NCBI GenBank assembly: GCA_014728035.1
Contig: WJMJ01000062.1
Coordinates: 23,558 to 87,557, forward strand
DNA: 64,000 nt
From: Promethearchaeota archaeon
GTDB taxonomy: Archaea; Asgardarchaeota; Thorarchaeia; Thorarchaeales; Thorarchaeaceae
Direction: 5' to 3'
How positions within the stretch are numbered: position 1 is the stretch's first letter; every line of letters starts with the position of its first letter. The notes under the pieces are model-generated. The model ran no database searches and was not told the origin of the DNA. It saw nothing but the letters and a program-made list of their open reading frames with translations. Positions 29,144 through 39,008 of the stretch are shown here, piece after piece. The position numbers were made by a program, and so were the translations under genes.

Positions 29144-29276
29144 GCGTGATGATAACTATTCTACATACATATAACTGTAGCTGCTTGTCAAAATAGTGAA
29201 TGTACATAAGAGGGTAGAAATGTACCATATTTGACAAGATATGCTTTCAGGCTGAAAGTAACAAGGGAGTGAAAAA

Positions 29277-30107
29277 ATGTCAGAAGATACAGTTTCAGCT
29301 AAGAGACCTGAAACACCAGATAGAAAACAATACCATATTGAAGTCGAAAGAGGAAAAGTTGCACCCACCGTTTTGTTGCCAGGGGATCCAAAACGGGTTA
29401 AGAAAATCAGCTCGGAATGGGATGCTTTTGAGGAGGTAGGCAATCACAGACAGTATGTAACTCATACTGGCACTTACATGAAGACGCCAATATCCGCATG
29501 CTCAACAGGAATTGGTGGGCCGGGAGCTGCTATTGCAGTAGAAGAGCTTGCTAATGTAGGAGTACAGAATTTCATCAGGGTGGGATCATGTGCTACGTTG
29601 AAAAAAGATATTGAAATTGGAAACCTTATAATCTCAACAGGTGCGGTGCGATTAGAGGGAACGAGTAAACAATATATTAGAAATGAATATCCAGCCATTG
29701 CGTCATACGAGGTCATACTTGCATTGGTCGAGGCTGCGGAAAATATTGGAGTCACATATCATTTGGGGCTCTCAGCATCGACGGATTCGTTCTATCTCGG
29801 ACAATCTAGACCGGGTTTTGGGGGATATGAGCAACAATGGAGTAAAGAATTGATAGAGGAACTCACCAGAGCAAATGTATACAACTTTGAGATGGAAGCT
29901 GCAACTATCTTTACTTTGGCTAACCTTTACGGATTCCGCGCGGGGGCTGTATGTGCCGTATATGCAAATCGTCCAAGAGATGAATTTGCTGTAAAAGGAG
30001 AAAATGATGTAATAAGATGTGGAAATGAAGCCGCGAAGATTCTTGCAGAAATCGATGAGCAAAAAGAAAGTAGAAAGAAAAGATATTGGTCAAGACTTAC
30101 TAGTTGA
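29277..30107 (+). CDS. udp: Uridine/nucleoside phosphorylase
   Basis: LLPGDPKR, STGIGGP, RVGS, FEMEAA. Confidence 0.9.
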   Translation: MSEDTVSAKRPETPDRKQYHIEVERGKVAPTVLLPGDPKRVKKISSEWDAFEEVGNHRQYVTHTGTYMKTPISACSTGIGGPGAAIAVEELANVGVQNFIRVGSCATLKKDIEIGNLIISTGAVRLEGTSKQYIRNEYPAIASYEVILALVEAAENIGVTYHLGLSASTDSFYLGQSRPGFGGYEQQWSKELIEELTRANVYNFEMEAATIFTLANLYGFRAGAVCAVYANRPRDEFAVKGENDVIRCGNEAAKILAEIDEQKESRKKRYWSRLTS

Positions 30108-30132
30108 CTTGACTCAATATCTATCTTTGATG

Positions 30133-31947
30133 CTATTTTCCAACGTAGTAGTATTCACCTTCAGCTTTTTGCTGTTGGTCCAATCGGGACCCCGTCTTAT
30201 TAACACGAGGGCGTCCTGTCTGTGGATCTCTACGAAATGTAACGCCCATCTGTTTTAGAAATGCGTTCATTCCCCTACGAAGAGTGGTAACACTGTGTGC
30301 AACACCTTTCTTTCCAGGGGTGCCATCGAAGACCACCATGCTGTCACTCAAATAATCTGCCATGAGAATACTGTGTTCAACTACAAAAGCAGTCTTCATT
30401 TTAAGTTGCATCATATGACGTATTGCTCGTGAGCTAGCTAATCTCTGCTCAATATCGAGAAAAGCAGATGGTTCGTCAAAGAGATAGATATCTGCATCCT
30501 TTGCAAGACAAGTAGCAATAGCAGCTCGTTGGAGTTCACCACCACTAAGATCTCCAACACCATGATCCAGTAGGTGTTCAAGCTCTAATTTCCGTATCAC
30601 AGATGTCTTGAAATCAGATGTATCAGCAGTGGAACCTCCTGCTTCGCGTAAGAGCATACGTACAGTACCAGGATAGGAATCCTCAATGTATTGTGGTTTG
30701 TAAGCGACTTTTAGGTCTAATCCAGTTGCAGTCTTAGATGGAACTTCACCTGCATCGGGTTCCAACAGTCCTGCTAGCATCTTCACAAAGGTTGTCTTTC
30801 CGATTCCATTAGGACCCAAAATTCCAATAATTTGTCCCTTAGCAACTCGCCCACCTTTGACATGGAGTTCAAAGTCCTCAAACTCCTTTTTCATATCACC
30901 ATATTCAAGCAAAGTTTCTCCATGAGAAAAATCACTATCTTCTGCTGACATCCCCTTGAAGGATATCGAAGTGTCACGAAATCGCATGTTTTCATCTGGA
31001 ATATATCCATCAAGAAAGATGTTCACCCCAACACGAGTCCCGTGAGGATGTGATACGATACCATAGACTCCAGGATCTCCATAGAACATACAGACAAGAT
31101 CTGAAACGTAATCGAGAATTGAGAGGTCATGTTCAACCACTACTACAGTCTTACCTAATTCTGAGAGTTGACGAATAGCCCTTCCAACTCGTAATCGTTC
31201 ACGGACATCTAGGTAAGCGGTAGGTTCGTCAAAAAAGTAGATATCTCCGTCTCGAACTATAGCCGCGGTTATTGCAGTACGTTGAAGTTCTCCGCCACTA
31301 AGAAACTTGATGGGACGGTCCCAAATGCTTTCTAGGTTCATATCATTCTTCAATTCTTTAAGACGGCCAGAAGTGTCAGCTCCTTCTAAAAGATCACTTA
31401 TCGGTTTATCCGCAATCGACGATATTTTTGGTAAATCGGTTATGTTCTGTGGTTTCAGAATTGGAGTGATTTCACCAGCCTGAATACGTTCAAAGAAGGG
31501 TTGTAGTTCAGACCCACGATATTGGGTGATGATCTCATCCCATTCTGGAGGATTATCGAATCTTCCTAGATTTGGTTTCAGTTCACCAGCAAGTATTCGT
31601 AGTGCTGTGGTCTTGCCAACTCCATTGGGCCCAATTAGACCTAACACCCGGCCTTCCTTTGGAATAGGCATCCGAAAGAGTTTGAAGCCATTTGCACTAT
31701 ATCTGTGACTTGTATCGGTTTCAAGCTGTTCTGGTAGATTCACAATTGTGATTGCATTATAGGGGCACTTCTTCACACATATTGCTTCTCCTGAGCATAA
31801 TGACTCAACAATAGTAGGGGGTTTATCAGGACCCTCGGTAAAGACAACGGTCTCATCTCCAGTACGTACCCGTGGACAGAACCTTCTACATTCATGGGTG
31901 CAGTCCTTTGGTCTACAGCGAAATTTATCTAGAACAGCAATACGCAT
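30133..31947 (-). CDS. Ribosome recycling factor ABCE1/Rli1
   Basis: N-terminal FeS domain, two NBDs (GPNGVGKT, GPNGIGKT, LSGGELQR), FRRD...RPRVNK hinge. Confidence 0.97.
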   Translation of the reverse strand: MRIAVLDKFRCRPKDCTHECRRFCPRVRTGDETVVFTEGPDKPPTIVESLCSGEAICVKKCPYNAITIVNLPEQLETDTSHRYSANGFKLFRMPIPKEGRVLGLIGPNGVGKTTALRILAGELKPNLGRFDNPPEWDEIITQYRGSELQPFFERIQAGEITPILKPQNITDLPKISSIADKPISDLLEGADTSGRLKELKNDMNLESIWDRPIKFLSGGELQRTAITAAIVRDGDIYFFDEPTAYLDVRERLRVGRAIRQLSELGKTVVVVEHDLSILDYVSDLVCMFYGDPGVYGIVSHPHGTRVGVNIFLDGYIPDENMRFRDTSISFKGMSAEDSDFSHGETLLEYGDMKKEFEDFELHVKGGRVAKGQIIGILGPNGIGKTTFVKMLAGLLEPDAGEVPSKTATGLDLKVAYKPQYIEDSYPGTVRMLLREAGGSTADTSDFKTSVIRKLELEHLLDHGVGDLSGGELQRAAIATCLAKDADIYLFDEPSAFLDIEQRLASSRAIRHMMQLKMKTAFVVEHSILMADYLSDSMVVFDGTPGKKGVAHSVTTLRRGMNAFLKQMGVTFRRDPQTGRPRVNKTGSRLDQQQKAEGEYYYVGK

Positions 31948-32070
31948 TAATATGCCACCTTTGAAGTATAATTTCGGTGAACTGGATTGCTATTTAGGAC
32001 TTTGGCTCTATTCGCCTTTTTGCAAAACCTTTTCAATATAGATAAGAAACAGAATATCGGAGTGCAATAA

Positions 32071-32301
32071 ATGCGTCTTCTCGATAAGATTCTAGACATT
32101 TTTAACAGACAATCAAGTCTACAAATTGGTGCGATGAATCATCCAAATGATCTGATGAAGTATATCCAAGCAATAAGAGCTCATGCATTCCAAAAAATAA
32201 CTGGAAAAAGATTGATATTTCCAGATTTGACCTCCAATAAACCAAAGAATGTATCCGAGTCACTCTCACCGTTAAGAAGATTCGTAAGAAGAGGTTTATA
32301 G
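32071..32301 (+). CDS. Small basic hypothetical protein
   Basis: 76-aa ORF with GGAG SD, divergent from ABCE1. Confidence 0.5.
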   Translation: MRLLDKILDIFNRQSSLQIGAMNHPNDLMKYIQAIRAHAFQKITGKRLIFPDLTSNKPKNVSESLSPLRRFVRRGL

Positions 32302-32319
32302 AGTTCCGATAATTGTTCT

Positions 32320-32396
32320 ATGCGGGATGATGATATATTAAGGAAGGTGAGCGTCCATCAAGCGCTATGATCCGATAAACCGCAATCTGACCGCAT
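32320..32396 (+). ncRNA. C/D-box methylation guide sRNA
   Basis: Terminal stem ATGCGG/CCGCAT; box C ATGATGA 32327-32333; D' GTGA; C' ATGATCC; box D CTGA 32387-32390. Confidence 0.85.
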
Positions 32397-32443
32397 CTTT
32401 CCAAGAATATTGAGTTCGACACTAGATTTTGGAGTGAAGAATC

Positions 32444-32860
32444 TTGCCACCGTTCAAATGTAATCATGATGGTACTTGTACAGAAATTAGATTATGTTGC
32501 ACAGATACAGAGATGACACTTACAAAAAAAGATGCAAAACGAATAGATGCACTCGGTTATAACCGAGAAGACTATCTAATCAGGATGGATGACGGTTTCT
32601 GTCAGATACGAAACATTGAAGGACGATGTTATTTTTACAATCCCGACCAGCTAACTTGTAGGATTTATAGCCACAGACCAGAAGGATGTAAATACTATCC
32701 AATTGTATACAATGTGGAAAAAGGGAAATGTGTTGTGGATTATGATTGCCCATCCGGAAAAACGGTGACCGAAGAGGACATCGAAGAGATTTGCGATAAA
32801 GTCAAGTTTCTTGTGACTGTTTTGATGAAAGAGGCGGACTGCCGTGATGGACCGTGCTGA
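32444..32860 (+). CDS. YkgJ/CxxCxxCC Fe-S or Zn cluster protein
   Basis: C...C...CC, CYFY, CRIYSHRPEGCKYYP. Confidence 0.88.
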   Translation: MPPFKCNHDGTCTEIRLCCTDTEMTLTKKDAKRIDALGYNREDYLIRMDDGFCQIRNIEGRCYFYNPDQLTCRIYSHRPEGCKYYPIVYNVEKGKCVVDYDCPSGKTVTEEDIEEICDKVKFLVTVLMKEADCRDGPC

Positions 32861-33686
32861 TTTACATATCCATTCAACTTTTTCGGATGGGAAACTCACC
32901 CCTTCAAAGATTGTGAGAGTTGCGGAAGCAAAAGGTCTTGGTGCTATTGCACTTACAGATCATGATACATTGAATGGGATTCCTGAGTTCATTCACGCCG
33001 AATCAAAATCCAATTTGTTGCGTATTCCTGGTGTAGAAATAAGTACAGAATATAAAAACCAAAGATTCCATCTACTTGGGTATTATCCCCCTTTGGATTC
33101 AAAACCAGTGATAAACGCGCTCGAAAGATTAGAACGGTCAAGAAAAGAAAGGATTCCAAAAATGTGTGAAAAACTAGAGGAGTTAGGAATAGGGATTTCT
33201 AAGGAAGACGTCGTTGCAATCGCTAATATTGCAAGTCCCGGGAGACCTCATGTAGGTAGAGCTCTTGTTAAGATTGGAGCAGTTGATACCGTCCAAGAAG
33301 CATTTGACAAATATCTCGGAAGGGGAAAGCCAGCATATGTTGAGAAGGAGAGAATGAATACAATAGAGACAATCAAGCTGCTTAGAAGAGAACATTCGAT
33401 TCCAGTACTAGCACATCCATTACTTGAAAAAGTTCAGAATCTTGAACAGATTCTATTACGATTTAAACAAGCTGGGCTGATTGGTGTTGAGCTGGGATAC
33501 AAATATGGAAAACATGAATCGTGGAGAGATTTGCAGAATCTGGAATCTATAGCGACAAGATTAGGGTTAATTTTGACCGGAGGTAGTGATTCACATGGAG
33601 ATTCATCGCATAGTCCAATAGGCGGTATTACAGTTTCAATCAGAATTGCAAATATAATACAACAGATTCATGAAGAAGGTTATTGA
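32844..33686 (+). CDS. PHP-domain phosphoesterase
   Basis: DLHIHSTFSDG, TDHD, GVEIS, GRPH, AHP, GGSDSH. Confidence 0.93.
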   Translation: MMDRADLHIHSTFSDGKLTPSKIVRVAEAKGLGAIALTDHDTLNGIPEFIHAESKSNLLRIPGVEISTEYKNQRFHLLGYYPPLDSKPVINALERLERSRKERIPKMCEKLEELGIGISKEDVVAIANIASPGRPHVGRALVKIGAVDTVQEAFDKYLGRGKPAYVEKERMNTIETIKLLRREHSIPVLAHPLLEKVQNLEQILLRFKQAGLIGVELGYKYGKHESWRDLQNLESIATRLGLILTGGSDSHGDSSHSPIGGITVSIRIANIIQQIHEEGY

Positions 33687-33737
33687 CATCCCAAAACCTA
33701 ATCAACACCATAGTTGCTCTTAAAGAGGGATTAACCA

Positions 33738-34643
33738 ATGCGAGTGATTGATGCACACGTTCATACATGGTCGCGAGAAATAATTTCCAAGAAAGACCTT
33801 GATGCGCGAAGAATCTCTGCAAAAAGTTCTGGGATACAGCCTCAGCTTGATTCACCAGTAACGAATCTAGTAACAGCAATGAAACGTGCTCAAATTGAAC
33901 GTGCGGTTATTCTTCCTATAGATAGTGGTCTCAACCAAGATATGCCACTTTCATTACAAGAAAAGACGGACTGGCATGCTGACGAGGTCAAAGATGACGA
34001 CTCGTTGATTTCATTTGTTGGATTGGATCCGAGAAGAGGAAAAGAGGGTCTCGAGGAGCTTGAACGTGCAGTAAGAGTGAAAAACTGCAAAGGTTGGAAA
34101 ATGTATCCACCTAATGGATTCTATCCGGACAATGAAGATTTCTTCCCGTATTATGAACTTGCAGCTGAATTGAATATCCCAATTGTTATCCATCAAGGCT
34201 TTACTTCAAGATTCAAACATGTCAAATATGCAAGACCAGTCTATGTGGACAAAATTGCAGCTGAATTCCCACAACTGAAAATCGTGCTTGCACATGTTGG
34301 AATGCCATGGGTTTCTGAGGCACTTATGGTTTCAGCTAAGAATCCAAATGTTTCAGTTGATATATCTGGTTGGCAGATATTTGCCTCAAAGACTCCACAT
34401 AAGTTGTATGAGATGATTGCAGAAGCCAAGCTCTGGCATGTGTTTCCAAATCGAGTGATTTGGGGAAGCGACTTTCCCCTATTTGAATACGCAATGCGTT
34501 TAGAAAAATGGGTGAAGTATTTTGCAAACTTGAAAATGCCTGATTCATTCCTAGACCGCGGATATCAACAGATAACATCCGAGGAAATTGAGATTGTGAT
34601 GTGGAAAAATGCTGCAAGATTATTCTTTGGTGAAAATATATGA
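33738..34643 (+). CDS. Amidohydrolase family 2 protein
   Basis: IDAHVH, GWK, IH, LAH, WGSDFP. Confidence 0.9.
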   Translation: MRVIDAHVHTWSREIISKKDLDARRISAKSSGIQPQLDSPVTNLVTAMKRAQIERAVILPIDSGLNQDMPLSLQEKTDWHADEVKDDDSLISFVGLDPRRGKEGLEELERAVRVKNCKGWKMYPPNGFYPDNEDFFPYYELAAELNIPIVIHQGFTSRFKHVKYARPVYVDKIAAEFPQLKIVLAHVGMPWVSEALMVSAKNPNVSVDISGWQIFASKTPHKLYEMIAEAKLWHVFPNRVIWGSDFPLFEYAMRLEKWVKYFANLKMPDSFLDRGYQQITSEEIEIVMWKNAARLFFGENI

Positions 34644-35140
34644 AACGATTCTTTGTTGACGCAATGCTTGGAAAAGTTGCAATCTGGCTAAGATTGACCG
34701 GACATGATACGAGATTTAATCCAGACATTCACGATGATGAAATTCTTGAGATTGCAAGTGTAAAAGACCGGATTATCCTTACAAGCGATGAGGAATTAGT
34801 TTCAAGAGCGGATGCCAGAAACATAAGATCACATTTAGTGCGAGGAAGTGTTGATTCAAGAGTAGCTGAAATATTTCGAAAGTTCAATATTTCTACCAAC
34901 ATAGACCCTGAAATCTCCCGATGCACAAAATGCAATGGTGAACTTAGGAAGATTGATTCAGAAAAGAAAGCCCAAATCAAAGATATGGTCAAACGTGGAA
35001 CTTATGAGAATCATGAACTCTTTTGGTTATGCAAACAATGCGGTTCCATATTCTGGGAAGGAAGTCACTGGAAAAACATGGTGCAATACATGAAAAGGAT
35101 TACCAAATTACTTGCAATCGAATTTAATCATGATAGTTAA
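34640..35140 (+). CDS. Mut7-C RNase domain protein
   Basis: VDAMLGK, ILTSD, RCTKCNG, CKQC...WEGSH. Confidence 0.92.
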   Translation: MKRFFVDAMLGKVAIWLRLTGHDTRFNPDIHDDEILEIASVKDRIILTSDEELVSRADARNIRSHLVRGSVDSRVAEIFRKFNISTNIDPEISRCTKCNGELRKIDSEKKAQIKDMVKRGTYENHELFWLCKQCGSIFWEGSHWKNMVQYMKRITKLLAIEFNHDS

Positions 35141-35590
35141 TTATTCTGCTTCAACCTTGATGTCATAACTAATAGGAATACAATCCTTTGTTGACCGTGT
35201 AAGTGGACAATACTTCTTTGCCTGTTCAATACATCTTTCAGCGAGATACAAGTCATCTTCTGGAACAACCAGCTTTCCAGACACCTCAAATTGTGATACC
35301 GAGTAACCAGCGCCGTCAAATTGTACTAAGAGTTTTCCTTCAAGATTGAATGTAATAATTTCTAAATTTGACATTCGTTGGATGTCTAAAAATGTATTAT
35401 TAATACAACCCAAGATTCCAGCAATGAACAACCGATACGGACATAATCCCTGTCCCCGTCCACCATAAACTTCAGGGGTGTCAAAAACGAGTTCACCGTT
35501 TTTGAGAAACGCAATGCCGCCAGTCTTACCATCCCATTCCGTACGAGCCTTATACTCCATTTTCTCAGGATACCTAGACTTGACTTTCAT
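35141..35590 (-). CDS. OsmC family protein
   Basis: DTPEVYGG, P...GC, KYCP. Confidence 0.85.
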   Translation of the reverse strand: MKVKSRYPEKMEYKARTEWDGKTGGIAFLKNGELVFDTPEVYGGRGQGLCPYRLFIAGILGCINNTFLDIQRMSNLEIITFNLEGKLLVQFDGAGYSVSQFEVSGKLVVPEDDLYLAERCIEQAKKYCPLTRSTKDCIPISYDIKVEAE

Positions 35591-35701
35591 GATACGATCC
35601 TCAAATGACGGTTGGTTATTTGAACCATAAGCATTTTGGTAAAGAAAATAATCAGCAAGTCATTTAAACCATTCAGAAAGAACAAAGTTGGATGTGGTTT
35701 A

Positions 35702-36745
35702 ATGTCTCGCAAAATGATGGCTGCTATGTTTCATGACATAGGTGATGTTAGATATGAAGAAACGGACATCCCTGAAATAGGTCCACGAGAAATCTTAGTG
35801 AAGATCAAAAAAGCACTGACCTGTGGAACAGATGTCAAGACTTACAAGAGAGGACATCCACTTTTACTCAGAAATCCTCCAGCTCTATTTGGACATGAAT
35901 ATGCTGGAATTATCGAAGAGATTGGAAAAGAGGTCAAGAACTTTGAACCTGGAATGAGAGTTGTTGCAACCAACTCAGCACCATGTGGAAGTTGCTTTTT
36001 TTGCAAAAGAAATAGACCAAATCTTTGTCAGCAGTTAAAAAACACATTTGTGAATGGCGCATTTGCAGAGTACATTCGTGTCCCTGAAGCCGTAGTAAAA
36101 TGGAACACACATCAGATTCCCGACTCGCTTGCATTTGAGGAGGCTGCATTGACCGAACCACTTGCTTGTGTTGTTCACGGAATAGAAGAAGCAAATATAG
36201 AACTTGGAGATACGGTAGTAGTTATTGGTGCAGGCCCCATAGGACAGATGTTGATGATGCTTGCAAAGAAGAGTGGGGCATCAACAGTCATAGCATCAGA
36301 TCTAGCAGAATTACGACGCAACATGGCAAAGAAGGCCGGAGCAGATATTGTAATAGACCCTGCTGAAGAAGACCCTATTGAGCGAGTAAAGGAAGAAACT
36401 TCAGGATATGGAGCTGATGTTGTCATAGAAGCAGTAGGACTTCCCACTACATGGGAACAAGCTGTTAAGATGACTCGCAATGCGGGAATGACGGTTTTAT
36501 TTGGAGGTGCAGCATCAGGCACAAAATTTGAAATAGACACGGTTAGATTTCATTATGGGCAGCTGACGATAAAGGGTGTATTCCATCTTACTCCAAAACA
36601 TGTTGAACAAGCTCTAAATCTAATAATTTCTGGATCTATAAAGCCAGAGATATTGATTACTCATGAGATGCCGCTCCAGAAGATAACTGAAGCAATAGAA
36701 ATGATGGGTTCTGGAAAAAGTATGAAGGTGGCAATCAAACCGTGA
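35702..36745 (+). CDS. Zn-dependent medium-chain dehydrogenase (threonine/sorbitol DH-like)
   Basis: CGTD, GHE, CxxCxxCx7C, GAGPIG. Confidence 0.92.
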   Translation: MSRKMMAAMFHDIGDVRYEETDIPEIGPREILVKIKKALTCGTDVKTYKRGHPLLLRNPPALFGHEYAGIIEEIGKEVKNFEPGMRVVATNSAPCGSCFFCKRNRPNLCQQLKNTFVNGAFAEYIRVPEAVVKWNTHQIPDSLAFEEAALTEPLACVVHGIEEANIELGDTVVVIGAGPIGQMLMMLAKKSGASTVIASDLAELRRNMAKKAGADIVIDPAEEDPIERVKEETSGYGADVVIEAVGLPTTWEQAVKMTRNAGMTVLFGGAASGTKFEIDTVRFHYGQLTIKGVFHLTPKHVEQALNLIISGSIKPEILITHEMPLQKITEAIEMMGSGKSMKVAIKP

Positions 36746-37161
36746 TTTTTCACGGAGGAAGAAAGCTTAGAGATAATGAGAGAAAATTGATTGACCTTCT
36801 TTCTGAAATAGATAAGAAATACAACAAGCCATTGATTATCGTTGAAGGAAAAAGGGACAAGAGAGTATTGAGAGATTTTGGGATTAAAAGTCCGATTTTT
36901 CGCACTCAAGGGCCTCTTGCCAGACCGGAACTTGTTGATGAAATTGTAGAACATTCGCAGGGAAGACCAATACTCATTCTTACAGACTTTGATGATGAAG
37001 GGGTAGAGATATGCCACTTTCTTGAGAGAGAGCTTGAAATTAGAAAGATCAAGATACTAAGGAAACTTCGACGGACAATTCGGAAGCTGATGAGAGATCT
37101 TAGATGTATAGAAGAACTGGTATTTCTCTTTAAACATAAAGACTCACCAACACCAGAATAG
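36742..37161 (+). CDS. Small TOPRIM-domain protein
   Basis: IVEGKRD, LTDFDDEG. Confidence 0.88.
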   Translation: MIFHGGRKLRDNERKLIDLLSEIDKKYNKPLIIVEGKRDKRVLRDFGIKSPIFRTQGPLARPELVDEIVEHSQGRPILILTDFDDEGVEICHFLERELEIRKIKILRKLRRTIRKLMRDLRCIEELVFLFKHKDSPTPE

Positions 37162-37165
37162 ACTA

Positions 37166-38983
37166 TCACAGTTCATCATTTTTCTCCAATCTGTTTGGGA
37201 CTGCAATATCGTATATCCGAAAGGCACGTTCAATCAAAAGCATGGCAGGTAATGAGAAAAGCAATAGATATGTCCCGACCCCAATATCAATGCCAAGATT
37301 GGCTCCAAAAATCACAAAGTAGCTGTAGAAAAGTGTGAGCAGTCCCACAAAAATCAAGATTAATGGAACCCAAATTAGAACTGTTAATTTCATTGGTAAG
37401 TTATGCCTGAATGCAGAAAGTGCGTAAATGAAAGATATTGCAATAATCATGCTGGGAATGAACCATCCGTCCAATCCAAAAAGAATTCCATACTGTTCGA
37501 TGAACTCTAACATAGCAACTTCTGTTCGCTCTGATATGCTAAAGAAAGGTAAAACAAAACCACCAATTATCATAATTAAACCAAAATGGATAGGAATCTC
37601 TCGGATAATTCGTTTCTTTGTTGGACGCCAGGAATCATTGGCAATAATGACGGATAATAGCCCAATCGAAAGGAGTAATGCTACAGGAATGTAAATAGAA
37701 CCAGCAAGTCCAGAAACAACGGAAGAGGTGTATAGAATACTGTCTGCCTCATCAATAGAAACAAAGAATGATACCCTACCAACCTGAAAGGGTAAAATTT
37801 CTGTACTGTATCCATCATTTGTCTTCTCCATTTTTTGTCTGTTCCACACCGAACCAGGAGTACTAGCTCTCCACCAAACAGTCAGATTGGTCTCAATATT
37901 CGTTTCAACGTGTACATCTAAAATAACACCATAAAGAGTTAGATTCTGAGTGAAAGACACTTCTACCGAAATTTGGGGAGTATCATCAACGAACTCTCTA
38001 TTTAGCCAGTCAATAATTGTAGGTGTCCAGAGGTCAGTGACCGTGTGAGTCCAGCCAGGTTGAATTCGTAAAGATAATGGTGCTGATATTTTTTGTATAG
38101 TATCAATAAATGATGCTAACGGAAAGTACTGATCATCTGTTCCACACATGAAGAGAACAGGTTCGGATAGTTGAGTAACATAAGCAATCGGGTCGAACCA
38201 TTGAATTATTTTATCGATGTTTTCAGAGGGAAGTTCATAGTCGGGTACGATTACAGTGTTAAGAACAGAACCAGCAATGAGGCTGTTTTTGAAGTTTCCA
38301 GCTGCAATCATTGGTATCGAGCCATCTACACGTTCATCGATAGCCGAGAGAATCATGGTTTCAATAGAGCCCATTGATACGCCTCCAACAACAGTTGAAC
38401 TAGAATCAACGTAAGGTAAAGATTCGATAAACGTCATTGCACGGGCGGCTGCCCAAACAGAACGGTAAAGATGAGTGTTTTCAGGCCCATCTGTAATATT
38501 GAAAAAAGTAAAGGGGTTAAGAGGTGGGCCTGTTGAATCTCCTGAACCAGGTGCGTCAGTTCCAAGTACCACAAATCCAGCTGACGCAATTTTCCGCATA
38601 ATATTCAGGTAATCAGAATATCTACCATGATATCCATGTAGAAAGAGCAAGCAAGGTAATGGATTTGATATACTAGCGGGTCGTATCAGTATCGAGTTGA
38701 TACGAATAGAATCACCCGAGTAATTTTCGCTGAAATATGTGAACCGCCATTCAATCAAAGAAGTATCATTTTCTATTGAAGACGAATTGGATATCTCTTC
38801 AATATGTAACGGATCTGAAATTGCATCTGACAAGTCCCAATAATTCGTATAGAATTCATCAGGTGGTGGTGGTTCTGATAGGGAAGTGGGGAATTGATAA
38901 AATACTGCTAGTAATACCGAGGTCAGACTACTTGTAAGAATTGTGATCAATAGAATGACTAGGAGAGCAATCTGACGATTCAT
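37166..38983 (-). CDS. Membrane-anchored extracellular alpha/beta hydrolase (acetylxylan-esterase-like)
   Basis: N-terminal TM, LHG, GVSMG nucleophile elbow, GTDD, WTH, C-terminal TM bundle. Confidence 0.85.
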   Translation of the reverse strand: MNRQIALLVILLITILTSSLTSVLLAVFYQFPTSLSEPPPPDEFYTNYWDLSDAISDPLHIEEISNSSSIENDTSLIEWRFTYFSENYSGDSIRINSILIRPASISNPLPCLLFLHGYHGRYSDYLNIMRKIASAGFVVLGTDAPGSGDSTGPPLNPFTFFNITDGPENTHLYRSVWAAARAMTFIESLPYVDSSSTVVGGVSMGSIETMILSAIDERVDGSIPMIAAGNFKNSLIAGSVLNTVIVPDYELPSENIDKIIQWFDPIAYVTQLSEPVLFMCGTDDQYFPLASFIDTIQKISAPLSLRIQPGWTHTVTDLWTPTIIDWLNREFVDDTPQISVEVSFTQNLTLYGVILDVHVETNIETNLTVWWRASTPGSVWNRQKMEKTNDGYSTEILPFQVGRVSFFVSIDEADSILYTSSVVSGLAGSIYIPVALLLSIGLLSVIIANDSWRPTKKRIIREIPIHFGLIMIIGGFVLPFFSISERTEVAMLEFIEQYGILFGLDGWFIPSMIIAISFIYALSAFRHNLPMKLTVLIWVPLILIFVGLLTLFYSYFVIFGANLGIDIGVGTYLLLFSLPAMLLIERAFRIYDIAVPNRLEKNDEL

Positions 38984-39008
38984 ATGTTATGCTCCAGTTA
39001 TGGTTATA

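Noticed and set aside
29085-29145. SECIS or fluoride riboswitch
   Set aside because: ATGA/GA are not juxtaposed as a SECIS core, no in-frame UGA selenoprotein is evident nearby, and only GGCGATG matches the fluoride motif.
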